This document shows positions 1 to 12,410 of a DNA stretch of 64,000 nt, in pieces; position 1 is the first letter of the stretch, and each line of letters opens with the position of its first letter. Source of the stretch: Callorhinchus milii (taxonomy: Eukaryota). The stretch spans positions 80,416,001-80,480,000 of the forward strand of contig NW_024704743.1 of assembly GCF_018977255.1 (NCBI RefSeq), given 5' to 3'. The translations under genes were made by a program, and so were the position numbers. Below the pieces are notes generated by a model. The model saw only the letters and a list, made by a program, of their open reading frames with translations. It was not told where the DNA came from and did not search any database.

Positions 1-184
1 TCTGCTAGTAGTTGTTGAATGTTTTTTCATATTCAAACGACTGCAAATTGTATCCACATTTTTGCTATGTGCTGATTTAGTTGTTAATATACATTCTGAA
101 CATTTGAAAGAAAGAAAGGTTGGTTATATGTGAAAATAACTAGTTGATTTAGAGGACAGAACTGAAAACTGAAGCTAAAATAGT

Positions 185-231
185 CCTCCCGACGTGAAAG
201 GCGCTTAATAAATGGAATCTTGTTGTTGTTG
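185..231 (+). mobile_element. L2 LINE tail-only insertion (subfamily A 3' stem-loop remnant + (TTG)n)
   Basis: cctcccgacgtgaaaggcgcttaataaatggaatcttgttgttgttg matches the 3' end of the L2 at about 20397-20444; flanked by direct repeat TAAAATAGT (176-184, 232-240). Confidence 0.85.
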
Positions 232-2435
232 TAAAATAGTGATAAAGATGATCAGATGCAAAGACAATATGGTTCAGCCCTTTTGCTTTCACAGTGTTTG
301 TTGTGAAATCTGATTCATTTGTGATTTATATTGAATTGTTACGTTAGATACATCAGGCCACAAATAATATAGGGATGAAGTTAATGGTCTATCATGATAT
401 CCTGCATTTTCATTAAATGAGAAAGTAGAAACGAAAAATGTATAAGAATACTTCAAACAAGCTTCATTTCAATTTTCTGTGCAATGCTGCACTGTATAAT
501 GTATTCCAAGCACAATTCTGTATAACAAAGTGAATTTTCAACTGTGATAAGCTGAAATAAATTACAGAGTGAGACTGTAATTGTGTGCCTGTGGATGCCT
601 TCATTAGCGTTTGAAATTATCTGTTTAACTTTCACAGGCATTTATTTTATTTCTTGGCAACATTCAATTCTTTACTGCAAAGACCAGATTTGAAAATAAG
701 ATGCTGAGCATTGCTGGGAGACACAGAAATCGCTTTGCCACTTGGGCACGCGTCAGGGCTTAAATAGCAAAAGTGGAATATTTCACAAGATTAATGATGG
801 AAAATGCTGAGATGCAATCACTGGGAAGAAACTGCTTTCTCTCAAAAATTCCTGATCAAATCACAGACAATAAAACAAGACAAAGCAGGTTTGCAATAGT
901 AATTTGTGGAGCGATCTGGTATGAGCAAAGTAGTCTCATTCCAAATCCCCAAAACAGCCTCAGATCAAGTTGCTCTGCTGGTTTTCATCTTTCCCTTTTG
1001 TGTTTCTTTCCTTTCATTTGATATAGCGCTATTCATCTAAGGAAGGCATCTCAAAGTGCTTCATAGGATTTAGTGTAAAGTATAGTAACTGGGTGTTTTG
1101 TACACAAACTCTCATTCTACCATCATTGCTACATGCCTAGACATTATAATAGATAGTGTTAGAGGGGCGTATAAAACATTTGAACAAGAAACCTCTCTGT
1201 TTATGTTTCTTTGGTGAACTGTCTCCAGGCATAAGGTTCTGGGTTGAAAAGGTAGCAAAAGTAATTGGGTTTGTGTTGGGGGGTTTTTATCCCCATTTTC
1301 TTGACCTGGGCTTTAAACTCCAAAAAGACTAGGTAAAAAGGGACTCGGCTTGGGTAATGCACTTCAATAAATTATGTTAATAACCTACTACATGCACTGT
1401 TAAGTAAAGTAAGTGAGCACGGTGATTGCCTTGGAGAGATACCAATAGCTACAAAATAAAAGATAAATAATGGCAAACATCTGTTTTGGGGACTTACTTG
1501 TTTGAAGATGTGATCAAAAAAATTCACAAGACTGACTGTTTTATGGATAAGGCCTCTTAAACATTCTGGCCAAAATACCAGCAAGTTATCAGAAAGAAGA
1601 AGCAATGGTTGGTTTGCTTCCCACATTCTTAGACTGTTCTCTATTTTCAACTGTCCCTTATCCCTGCATGTAACCTGCTTTCTAAGACTGTAGAATCATA
1701 ATGAGTCATGTGCTGCAAAGTGGCGTCTATGTACAGCTGCTTTGTGCAGTGGGTCAGCATAAGAGGATTTTGCATTCTAAAATCTGGACATTGACAGGAC
1801 CCAGCGGCTCTAACATGCTAATGTTGTCTTCAATTTTCTCTTGTTATTACCATACTGTTAAAATCTCTTTGTCAACGCCATCACTTTCTCCTGGTTTCAG
1901 TTCTAAAATCTTTCAGGTGAGCGCTATCAAGGGAAAATCAGGTGGGCCCAATTGTTCTAGTGGCGGAGCACAGGGCTCCCACTTCAGTTGAATCAGGTTC
2001 AAATCCTCTCATTAAATAACCTGGACAAAGCACCATGGGCAAGCTTTGCCACTTCTCGCCAGAAGTATGGTTTGGTGTGCAACAGCTTCCACTCTGAGGG
2101 AGGAAAAGAAAAGAAATTAGCAATAAGACCAATTCCATCATCTGATACAAAATGGGAATAACACCGGTGGTGGGAACTTTCCTGCCTTATTGATGCGAAG
2201 AGACAGAGTAAAATTTGCAATGTTTCATAATGCAATCTTTGCGATCACTGTTACCAATATGAAGCAACATTATTGGTCTCATCTAGTTTGGGCTAGAAGA
2301 ATTGTTTATCTTAAAATTTAAAGATCACACCGTTCTGGAATTTTTTTTAATTTACTAAAATTAAAGTAAATTATTACAAAATTATTAATAGCATTACTAA
2401 AATTCACATGGAAGCAAGGAGTGAGAAACGTTGCA

Positions 2436-2738
2436 GATTCCTGGGCAGGTCAAAACCTTAGGCAAGTTTCATTACTCCACAGGCCTGTTTACCTAGCAGT
2501 AAGCGGGAACCTGGCTATTAGTCACTTGGTGGATCACTTTCCTGAGGTAATAATTCCTTAAATTTTTTTTAAAATTTGGTCACTCAATCCATGACTGTTT
2601 GTGGGACACTGCTGTGCGCAATTGGCTGCCGCACAAATTATGGTCAATTCACTTTACAATATATTCTGTGAAGCACTTTGAGATGTCTTGAAGATGCGAT
2701 AAGGTGCTATATCAAATACAAGGAATATTACCAGTATT
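2436..2738 (+). mobile_element. tRNA-derived SINE, long form, head truncated
   Basis: ggcaagttt...ctgtttacctagcagtaag...gactgtttgtgggacactgctgtgcgcaattggctgcc...gtgaagcactttgagatgtc...tatcaaatacaagg; same body as 3364-3742. Confidence 0.85.
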
Positions 2739-3363
2739 AGTTCAGTGATCTGTCAAGTACAGTAAGTTGATAGTAACACTAAGAAATCCAACCTTTCAGT
2801 TAAAAGCATGCAAGGAATTGTCCATTAGAGAATTATTAATATTTAATTATGAACTCCTTTATAAATTAATACAATTCCTCCAAAAAAATTAGTTTAATAC
2901 TTAATGGTAATTGCCTATATTTGCCATTTTACTCTCATTTACCACCAGCTGTATATATTGTAATTTAGTATGTAGTAAATTTGTAATTTCCTGAACATTG
3001 CTGTGAACGCTTACCTTATTATGACCCTTTCATAAATCTTGCGAGACTATTAACTCATAGTTACTATGTTAAAATATTTTCTTATGGCCCTTTCACAATA
3101 CAATACAATTTACATTTATATAGTTCCTATTACGTCGGGAGTCTTGAAGTACTTCATATTGCTGAATGGGCACTCGAGCTGGGGTGGGGAGGGGAAAGAT
3201 GACCAGAAGAAAAATTATAAGACCATTAATTGTATCATTCCATACTAGCAACAATGGAAAGGTCCATTGCTTATTGCTTAAAGAATAAGTAATCTCACTT
3301 TCAGATACCATCTCAAAGTACTTCACCAAATTCCTATAAAGTGTAATGACTATATATTATTGT

Positions 3364-3742
3364 GGAGTCCTGTAACGTCGTGGTTAGAGCGCTCGCCTTG
3401 CAAGCGAGTAGACCTGGATTTGATTCCCAGGCACGGTGAAACATTGGGCAAATTTCCTTACTCCACACACCTCTGTTTACCTAGCAGTAAGTAAGAACCT
3501 GGTTGTTAGTCAATTGGCAGATCCCTTTTCCGGGGGTAATAATCACTTAAATATTTTTTTAAAAATAATAATTTGGTTATTCAGTCCACAACTGTTTGTG
3601 GGACACTACTGCGTACAATTGACTGCCGCGTTTTGCCCACAAAATATAGTCAATTCACTTTATAGTATATTCTGTGAAGCACTTTGAGACGTCTCAAAGA
3701 CGTCATAAGGTACTATATCAAATGCAAGGATTATTATTATTA
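3364..3742 (+). mobile_element. tRNA-derived SINE, full-length long form
   Basis: Head ggagtcctgtaacgtcgtggttagagc (A box) and ctcgc-cttgcaa-gcgag anticodon-like arm, degenerate B box gatttgattccc, central block, L2-like tail, (ATT)n end. Confidence 0.9.
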
Positions 3743-4231
3743 GCAGGCAAACGCAGTGCCCATTCGTTATCTTTGATTTCTCTGGAAAAGGAACTGCACC
3801 ATACAACACTTAAGATAAGTATTATTATTCCCTGTGATTTAATTCGGAAACCCACTGGACTTTGAAATAAAATAGTCAATAAAAGAGATTGTTATTGAAG
3901 CTGGCTGTTTAAAATGGGCAAAAAATAAGATTGAACTTTGGAACAAATAAAGCTATTAAAATGCTTAATAATGCATATCTAGCATAAAAACAGCTGCTGA
4001 ATCATTGAAGTGATGTAAAATTTTGCTAAGATTTTTCACTAGTTTTCATAGCAGTGTTTGCTTACTGTATGCACCATTTCAGTCATGAGAAAAGGTGTTT
4101 GTTCATGGGTTAAGTTTCTCTATCAAATAAAAGTTTAAAGTGTTTATTTTCAAAGTGTGTGCTGCTGAGAATGGTATAGTTTAATGACAAAGAACCTGTA
4201 TTCAAACTCTGCATCCCCAGCACACCAGGCA

Positions 4232-4620
4232 CCACTGGCTGGCTCCATCACAAAACGTAACGATTGCAGGATCCTCACTCTCACCTACAAATCAATTCAT
4301 GCCCCAGCACCTCCCTATCTTTCTGACCTATTCACATCTCATTCTTCTACCCGCTCCCTTCGCTCGGCCAACTAGGGCTTTCTGTGTGTCTTTTGATCCC
4401 TTTGCTCCACCATTGGCAGATGTGCTTTCAGCCACTACATCCCAAATCTCTGGAACTTCCTGCCTCATTTCCTCAGCCTTTGTGGTCTTCAGATCACACC
4501 TGAAGACTTCCCCTTTGACCATCATCTCCCTATTCTTCCTGGCTTGGCGTCAAGCTACGTAATTGTCCAGCATTTTGTACAGTACTTTTCATGTCAGAAG
4601 GATATCCCAAAGTACTTCAC
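4232..4620 (+). mobile_element. Old L2 LINE 3' fragment
   Basis: Translates to ILTLTYKSIHAPAPPYLSDL...RSLRS, the L2 ORF2 C-terminus; degenerate tail follows. Confidence 0.75.
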
Positions 4621-5423
4621 AGGATTTACGGTAAAATGGATCGACTATGTATTTTGTGGGCAAATGGGGCAGCCAAGTTCTTGGAAGAGGAAATGCCTAC
4701 ATGTCTTTTGCACATCTCAGAGATTCCTTCTATTTCTGGTAATTATACTTTAGCATTCTCTTGTGGAAAGCAATTACTGATTTAAAACACTTCACAACTG
4801 CGGTTTGAAGAAATATATAATTCTTTCAAATCTCAAAATTGTTGTTATTCTCTAAGCCATTATATACTACTTACAAATGACCATGGTAGATTGAATGCTG
4901 TATAAATGTAGTGCATCATTGAGCTTTTACTGATGTGTGTTTGATTATTGGGTGTGAGTTGATGCCTTTGAGGAGATCAGGAGTGGTTCTCCACTGATTC
5001 ACTCACCCTTTTTGTATGAAACAAGTGGGTAGAAATCCTATGTTTTGTTGCAAAGAAATCTCCTTTCACACATGTATTTGGAACCAGAAAACAATAAAGT
5101 GAGAAGGTAAATTATGCAATATTCCCCGTGCCCAGTGCAAGCCTTTCAGATGCTGCTTATGGACACCATAGCTCCAAGCCCACACAACAGCCTTTTACCC
5201 ATCCAGATGCATTTAACAACTAATGTGATCTGCCTTGTGGTGGACTGATGAGAAGATAGGTGAGCACTAAGGATGAGCGGTCTTTTCTGGCCATTTGCCA
5301 GTCACTCGTCTTTGAGCCATTCAGCCGAGTAAAAGGTTTTCCTCCCAGTGCACTCTTTTCCAAAGCATATGCTTATTTTGTCTTTCTATGTGCATCCTTG
5401 TCCCTGACTTCATGACAGACTGT

Positions 5424-5492
5424 TTAAATAGGTCAAATAGCAGGTTCATTCTCAGCTTATGTGAGAATGAACCTACTGTTTGACCTATTTAA
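5424..5492. repeat. Inverted repeat / hairpin: 31-bp arms, 7-nt loop
   Basis: ttaaataggtcaaatagcaggttcattctca (5424-5454) pairs with tgagaatgaacctactgtttgacctatttaa (5462-5492), 29/31. Confidence 0.95.
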
Positions 5493-6015
5493 TATTCTGA
5501 ATGATATTCCTCAGAAACCGAGTCTCAGTCTCCACAGACTGGAACCTGTGTCATGTGTAGTTGCATGTGATGTACACACTGAATGAAAAGGCTAAAAAGA
5601 CTGTAGCTAAGGGGCTGTGCTCAAGTAGCTAGGTTCACTCTTTCATGATGACATAGATACATCCTGAATCATAGTGAAGCACAACAATGTTCATAGGAAG
5701 TGTCAACACATCTTTCAACAAATCAAAAGGTTGTTGAACCCAGATGTAGAATTTGAAAGCTCAGTTGTGGGCCAAATTTACTGGAAAACTGTGGATTATC
5801 AAATTAATGTGGAACATGTATGCATTCTGGGCAATGTCAGAGATTTTTTAGAATAACACTGCAGTAAGTTCTTCTATTTGACATGGTGCCCTTAATGTTA
5901 CAATGTCTTAAAGTTCCTCACAAAGAATCGCTGCCAAGTTTGGTGACTTGGACTTGTTAGCAAATTTGGCAGCTAATTTTCATACATCAAAATCCAAAAA
6001 AGTTATGAAGTGAAT

Positions 6016-6394
6016 AAGAACATAAGAACATAAGAATTAGGAGCAGGAGTAGGCCATTCGGCCCCTCGAGCCTGCCCCGCATTTCAATAAGATCATGGCT
6101 GATCTTCAGACCTAACTCTAATTACCAGCCCTATCCCCATATCCCCCAATCCCTCTGTTTTTTAAAAGGACTGAGCATCTACAGCCTTCTGGGGTAGTGA
6201 ATTCCATAAATTCACTACCCTCTGAGTGAAGAAATGTTTCCTCAACTCTGTTCTAAAAGGCTGACCCTTAATTTTAAAACTGTGACCTCTGGTTATAAAT
6301 TCTCCTATCAGGGGAAACAGTCCCTCAGTGTCTACTTTATCCAGCCCTTTAAGAATCTTATATGTTTCAATAAGATCTCCCCTAATTCTTCTGT
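6016..6394 (-). mobile_element. CR1 LINE 3' fragment
   Basis: (AAGAACAT)n octamer tail and ggccattcggcc stem-loop on +; the reverse strand reads the CR1 ORF2 C-terminus (LGEILLKHIRFLKG / RVVNLWNSLP-like). Confidence 0.85.
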
Positions 6395-6449
6395 AATAAG
6401 ATCTCCCCTAATTTTTCTGTAATAAGATCTCCCCTAATTCTTCTGTAAT
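6369..6449. repeat. Tandem repeat, 3 x 26 bp
   Basis: aataagatctcccctaattcttctgt at 6369, 6395 and 6421 (one mismatch). Confidence 0.95.
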
Positions 6450-6944
6450 GATCAGTTTATCTGGAGGATTGTTGCCAGGGCACCAGGAGAAACAATCTCC
6501 TCTGTTGGATGTCCACCTGAACAAACAGACTGGAGCTTAGTTTAACATTTCATCCGAAGGATGGCACCTCTGACAATGCGGTGCTCTCCCAAGGCTGTAA
6601 TGGAGGATCTGCCTAACTAATTTGTAAAGAATTTTAGGATTTTTTTTCTTAAGTGAATGCTTGAGCAAAATGAGATTTTCATATATACATACATTTCACC
6701 TAAACATAGAAATCCCAGAGATAGGTTGTTGACATGGAATGTGCACTCTCTCCCTGGAGGGATGCATTCCTGCTTACCTGATTCCAGATAAAATGTTAAA
6801 CCAAGATGTCTGCCTGTTTAGGTGGACGTTAAGGATCCCATTGAAAAGAGAAAGGAGTTATTCCAGTGGCCTGGCCAACGATCCCAAAATAAAACATTGT
6901 CATTTGTCCAATGGCTGTTTGCATATTGGCTGCCATGTTTGCTT

Positions 6945-7172
6945 AACTCCATCCCGCAGTCCCTCCGTCTCGCCCCCTCCCTCGTCACCTTCAAGACCCA
7001 CCTGAAGACCCTCCCCTTCAACGTGTTTTCGATCTCCCTGCTTTCCCCCTGCCCTCCACTCTTCCGCCCCCAACCCCGAGCTCGGGTCCGTAATTCTGTC
7101 TGTCCAGCACCTTGGAACTTCCTCCCGACATGAAAGGCACTTTACAAATGTAATTTTGTTGTTGTTGTTGTT
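6945..7172 (+). mobile_element. L2 subfamily A 3' fragment, following a Deu SINE fragment (about 6790-6945)
   Basis: NSIPQSLRLAPSLVTFKTHLKT then the stem-loop tail and (TTG)n. Confidence 0.85.
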
Positions 7173-7540
7173 TTTCCCATGCGAGCATCCACATGACTTT
7201 CCAAGCTGCTTGCTAACTGCCTGTCAATCAAGCAACCTTGAGTCCAGATATTTTTGCAACTTTGGCACCTCATGCATGCTGTTTGCCAAGTATTTTACAA
7301 ACATCTTTTGCAAGCTTTTTTTNAAACCAGAATCTAAATTAAAGGACAGGCCTTTCCATTTCCCTTAAATAATATTATAAATTATTTACATATTACTAAG
7401 GATTGCAAAAAACAGGACAACCGTGACACATTGAATAAAGGTCCTCTCTCTTGCGAGGTGAGTGCTCTAACCAATACGCTACAGGACTCCATGAGAAATG
7501 ATAAAAAAATGGGAATGTTGTTAATGTTAGTAAGAGCATT

Positions 7541-7958
7541 GAATAATAATAATAAAATTCTTGCATTTGATATAGCACTTTCCATGCTCCTACTGTAAAG
7601 TCTAGAGACAGTGTATTTTGAAGAAAAACAAGGTAGCCAGTTCACACACAGCAATGTCCCATAAACAGCCACAGTGAAGGATAAGTTTTATCTGACCAGG
7701 ACACTGGAAGAAACTTGTTTCTCTTTTCAAACAGTGCTGCAGGATCTTAAACATCCACCTGGACAGGCAGATGGGATGTCAGTTTAACGTCTCATCCAAA
7801 AAACATCCCTGACCCTGCAGTGCTCACCCAGCACTGTCTTGAAGTATCAACCTAGACTATTAGCATTCAAAGTCCTGAATCCCCAGGCACTCATGGGCCT
7901 TGAACCCAAAACTTTCTCCAAGGCGAGAGTGCTACAAACTGAGCAAGCTTGACACCTA
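7541..7958 (-). mobile_element. Deu-domain tRNA SINE
   Basis: (TAA)n tail, acatccacctggacaggcagatggg...tttaacgtctcatccaaa Deu block, and head remnant ttgaaccc...gagagtgctacaaactgagcaag. Confidence 0.75.
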
Positions 7959-8864
7959 AACATAAAAGTAAATATATTGCAGGAGGCACAGAGTGTGGCA
8001 GTAATTGTAACGTCTAATTACCACCTGGCAGAATATTGCAGTCTGGTTTTAAGAATACTTTGAGAAGTGTTAGTACCAACTGCTTTCTTTTTGTCACATG
8101 TTTAACACAGCAGTAAATGATAACTAGCAGGTAGTAAAACAAACAATTTAGCCAATTGATATTGTAGATAAAATTAGCAGGTTTGTTCTATATTACAATA
8201 TTTCACAACTCTTATCCCACCAACACAAGAAGTCCCATTTGGACTAGGTTTTATTATTGTGAATAGAATTAAAGCATTAAATTTCATGTTATTCCTTTTA
8301 AAATTGATGATATCAATTTCCAGCATTTCATCACCTATTGATGTCTATAACTTAGTGGTGCAATATGGACCATTGATCTTTTCTAACATTGCTATTTAGT
8401 CCAAATTGAGTAAAAAGTGGCATGTGTTGCTTTTGTAATGCAGAGCTCTGCTAAAGGACATGGGAAAAGACAGCATTTTCTCTGGGGCCTATCGCTCTCA
8501 AGTTTCAACTAGCATAGATCAAGTTGCCTTAGAATGTAGTACCAGACCAGACAAGATAAAGGATCAGTCCAAGTAACAGGACCGTTCAGAAAGAAGGACA
8601 ATGAAGAGATACCAGATACGCTTCTGTTGGAAAATGAAGCATTGATGGAGGGGAAAAGAGGAAATGGAAACAAGGCAAATAAATTTATTGTACACAAAAC
8701 TATTCAGTCAAATAAAATTATAAAACTGGAGTTAAGTTAAAATTGGATTTTTATTTGAAAACATTTATATATGTATGCAACTAACTCACCACATGACTGA
8801 AATAAAATAGCTACCCATCTAAAAAAAAGAGATTCAACAGATAACCAGATTGTAGGGGATGAGA

Positions 8865-9398
8865 GAGGGATCAGGTTCTCATCTCCGAGTCAGAAAGATA
8901 TAAATTCAAGCCCACATTGAGGTTTTGAGCTCACAATCTAGGCACTATATCAAATGCAAGGATTAGTATTAGGTTGACGTTCCAAGGCAGTGCTGGGAGA
9001 ATATTGTCAGAGGCTCCTTCCTTCAGATGAGGTGTCAAACCAAGGTTCTGTCTGTCTGTATGGGTGAACATTATCAATCCTATGGCATGGCATGGCATGA
9101 AAAAAGAGTTTTTTTTCCAGTATCCTGGATATCGATGCCCCAGATAAAATTGGTCTGGGGCATTGCCAGATAAAATTGGTCGTTCATTTCATGACTGTCA
9201 GCAACTTGGGACGTCCTCCCGACGTGAAAGGCACTATACAAATGTAATTTTGTTGTTGTTGTTGTTATTTATAGGACATTAATGTGTGCAAATTAGCTGC
9301 TGCATTGATCTTGAGTCACACTTTACAGTAAATCCTGTGAAGCACTCTCAGGCAGTTTGATGATATAAGACACTGTATCAAATGTAAAGATTATTAGA
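8865..9398 (+). mobile_element. Deu-domain SINE carrying an L2 tail-only insertion (about 9200-9267)
   Basis: gagtcagaaag...ttcaagcccaca head, Deu block cttccttcagatgaggtgtcaaaccaagg, and inserted gggacgtcctcccgacgtgaaaggcac...(TTG)n. Confidence 0.7.
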
Positions 9399-10689
9399 AT
9401 TGTTAAAACTGTTAGAGAAAATTATTCCTAGAAAGCCTGAAAAGAGATTACCTCTACCATTACAACATTACCTGTAATGTTAAACAACAAACCACTGAAG
9501 CAAATATAAAAAACAATTAAAAATAAATCAGTTTGAAGACTATGGAGTACAATTTGCACTTGTTTCTCAACCCATTATTTATGTTAATTAGAACAAAGAA
9601 TGCATTAAGAAAATACTATAATTTTTGCTCATTAGCATTCGGTGATGTATTTTTTGTAACATGTTCCAGGACCTCGCACGGCCTGAGTGCAGTATGTGAT
9701 TGTTAAGAATAAAGATGATGATGACTGAAATTCTCAGTCAGCTCACTGTGCCACAGTCACAGAATGCCATCCCTGCTGCACTCAATAACTCCAGACTATT
9801 TTTCATCTCATATTTCTGTTCATTACCATATTACAAGCATTTTTCAACCCCATAATCGTGAAATTGGAGCTAACAGTGAGGTGTTTCTATGTGATAAGGC
9901 ACTGTATCAAATACAAGGATATTCTTATTTATTTGTATTAGAGCTAAAATGATTAGAACTGAGATTAGAAAACATTTATTCGCCTTAAGCTTTGTGAGAA
10001 TGTGGAGAAAGACGTGGAATCAATTGAGATATTTAAAAGAGCATAATATAAATACTTGGAAAGTAAGGCTATTGAAGGAAATGGAAAAAAAATAGAGAAA
10101 TGGGATTAAAATATAAACTGGTGGAACAGATTCAAAGGACTGAATGGTCTCCTGCTCATATGTTTCTACTGCAGGTCAGAGACTCCACATGCATTAGAGG
10201 AAGAGCAACACCAAAGTGACCACCATGCCTTCACACCTGACTGAACTATGGCTGGGTCTGTAGATTCGGAAACACTGAGACTACTTACAACAAAACCAAA
10301 GCTCAGAGTTTAGGGAGTGGCCTAAAGACTCAAACACAAATACATTCTGTAACAGAAATAAGTGCAGAAGAATGGTTGGGAACTATTCCCTAGAATCTGG
10401 CAACTTTTTAAATTCAGCAATACCTTTGAAATCATTTTTTTTAAATTCTTAAACAAAAACTTACAGAAAACTAGCTTCAAAATTAAAGTAGTTATTAAGA
10501 ATTTGTCAAATTCTGGGCGCTCAGAAATGCTTCCAAAATAGAGTAAATCCTACTAAATATTCATTATCAAATACTGGGCATCTCTGTTAAAGCCATCCAA
10601 GTTAAGCGGGGACTTTAGAGTTTGTTTAGTTTAGAGTGTGTCCACTATACTAGGATCATGGTACACTCATAGTACAACCAGGAAAGGAC

Positions 10690-11670
10690 AGAACTACGAG
10701 AGGAGAAGCGGTGGAGAAGGATAGCACAATCAACAATGTTGACGATAGCAGAAAGATCGAGAAGAATAAGGAGGCTGAGAGAACCCTGGTCACAAATAGA
10801 GAGAATGTTGTTTGGTGACTTTTCATCAGAGCAATCTCGGTATTATAGGAAAGAGGGAAACTAGATTGGAGAGGAACAGGCAGAGAGGGCAGGGGAAGGA
10901 AAGACTCAAGCTGGGAAGCAACAACTCATTCCAGTACCCTTGAGAAGATGGTAGTTAGGGCACAGCGAACGTTTTTTGAGGATCACAGCTATTTTGAAAG
11001 AGGTGGCAACTATGTCAGTGGACATAGAGAGGTTCACGATGTACAGTGGCCAAGGAGGTGGAGCTGGGAGGTCAGGACATGGATGGGAATGGGTTCGACG
11101 GATTGCATGTTGGATTTCATACAGGAGATGAGGGAGGAAAGGGAAGAGGGAAAGATTGGGGGTCGAACGTGTGGAGGGAAGGATGGGTGGAGGCCAGAGG
11201 GACAAAGGGGAAGTGTGGCAGAGGCAGGGCTGAGGCAGTAGAGCAGATGCTCCCAATGTTGGACCCAAGAAAATCCATCATCTCTTCGTAATTGGAATTG
11301 AAGGAGAGGATGGGTGGGGCATGGGAAGGTGGGTGAAGCAGGTGATTGGTGATGGAGAAGAGGAGCCTGGGGTTGTCCTTGCTGAGGCGAGTTTAGCTGA
11401 GATGAGGGTCGAGCGGTAGGTATTGGTGAAGTCCGGCCAGATCCGGTGGTGAACCATTAGGTTGAAATTGAGCCAGGTGCATTCAACAGCACCCACGTGC
11501 GATTGAGGGAGTGTAGATGGCTGGTGTAAGGGACTTGAGGGAGTAGGAGGTGGTGCGGGCGGTGATGGGGGCAAGAGTATTGAGAATGTTACTGAGGGAG
11601 TTATTGAGTAGAAAGGGAGTGGAGGGTGGTTTTATTCCAGGCGTGGAAGGAGATGGAAGATCCCAATGCA
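10690..11670 (-). mobile_element. Old L2 LINE ORF2 fragments
   Basis: Reverse-strand translations include IVNLSMSTDIVATSFKIAVILKK and NNSLSNILNTLAPITART, matching the L2 linker/RT N-terminus; purine-rich + strand. Confidence 0.75.
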
Positions 11671-12002
11671 CAATTCCAGGCTTCAGTAATTTAAATGAAC
11701 TTCAACGCTTTTGATATCAAACAAATCTGAGTTACGTAAAGCAGGTCGCTTTATGTCTTTCCCAAATGGTCCTGTTGCAGTTTCACTTGCCCAGTCAGCT
11801 GCAGATAATGTAATTTAAGTTTACATTTGTTCAGCTACTCGATTTATATCTACTATGAACTCCATGGGTGCTCATTAATGAAGCGCATCTAGTGAATCAA
11901 CTGAAGTGCTCACTCAAAAGCAGTGGGAAATAGGAAAATAATTTGACTCATGGTATGAAACAGAATTGGTATTTATGAATCTCTGGAAGCAAACTTCATT
12001 AT

Positions 12003-12410
12003 AACAAGAACAACTTGCACTTATATAGCACCCTCCACGCAGGGTAGCGTTTTAGAGTGCTTAACAGTGGCGGAGCCTGACTCCGAGCCAGGCGTGGGGG
12101 GAGGTGACCATAAGCACGGTCAAAAAGGAAGGTTTTTAGGCAGGACTTGAAAAAGGGGAGAGAGGGGGCAAGGCAGAGGGATTGAGGCAGAGTGTTTCAC
12201 AGTTTTGGGGCATAGTGGCTGAAAGCACAACCTCCAATGATGGAGCAGAGGGTGCGAGGGACAAGTAGGTGGCCATTGCCAGGTGGTGGATTGGGGAGTG
12301 AGGAGGTCAGAGAAGTAGGGAGGTGCCAGGGATTGAAGGGATTTGAACATGAGTATGAGGATCTTGAAGTCGATCCGTACAGTGATGGGGAGCCAGTGGA
12401 GCCAATGGCC
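12003..12410 (-). mobile_element. L2 subfamily B 3' fragment
   Basis: LHWLPITVRIDFKILILMFKSLQSLAPPYFSDLL; tail gcgtggagggtgctatataagtgcaagttgtt on the - strand. Confidence 0.9.

Larger units (their letters stand above)
5870..6620 (-). mobile_element. Deu-domain SINE (SacSINE1/AmnSINE1-like), interrupted by a CR1 fragment
   Basis: ccacctgaacaaacagac...tttaacatttcatccgaaggatggcacctctgacaatgc is the reverse complement of the Deu domain as I recall it; the two halves flank 6016-6449. Confidence 0.65.

Noticed and set aside
6369..6449. CRISPR-like array
   Set aside because: Head-to-tail repeats with no spacers, no cas genes, vertebrate context.
7323..7323. Single N base
   Set aside because: Assembly ambiguity next to a T homopolymer; no biological meaning.
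8444..8576. Possible + strand terminal exon (ALLKDMGKDSIFSGAYRSQ...) with downstream AATAAA
   Set aside because: Weak acceptor, unrecognised peptide and no linked upstream exons.
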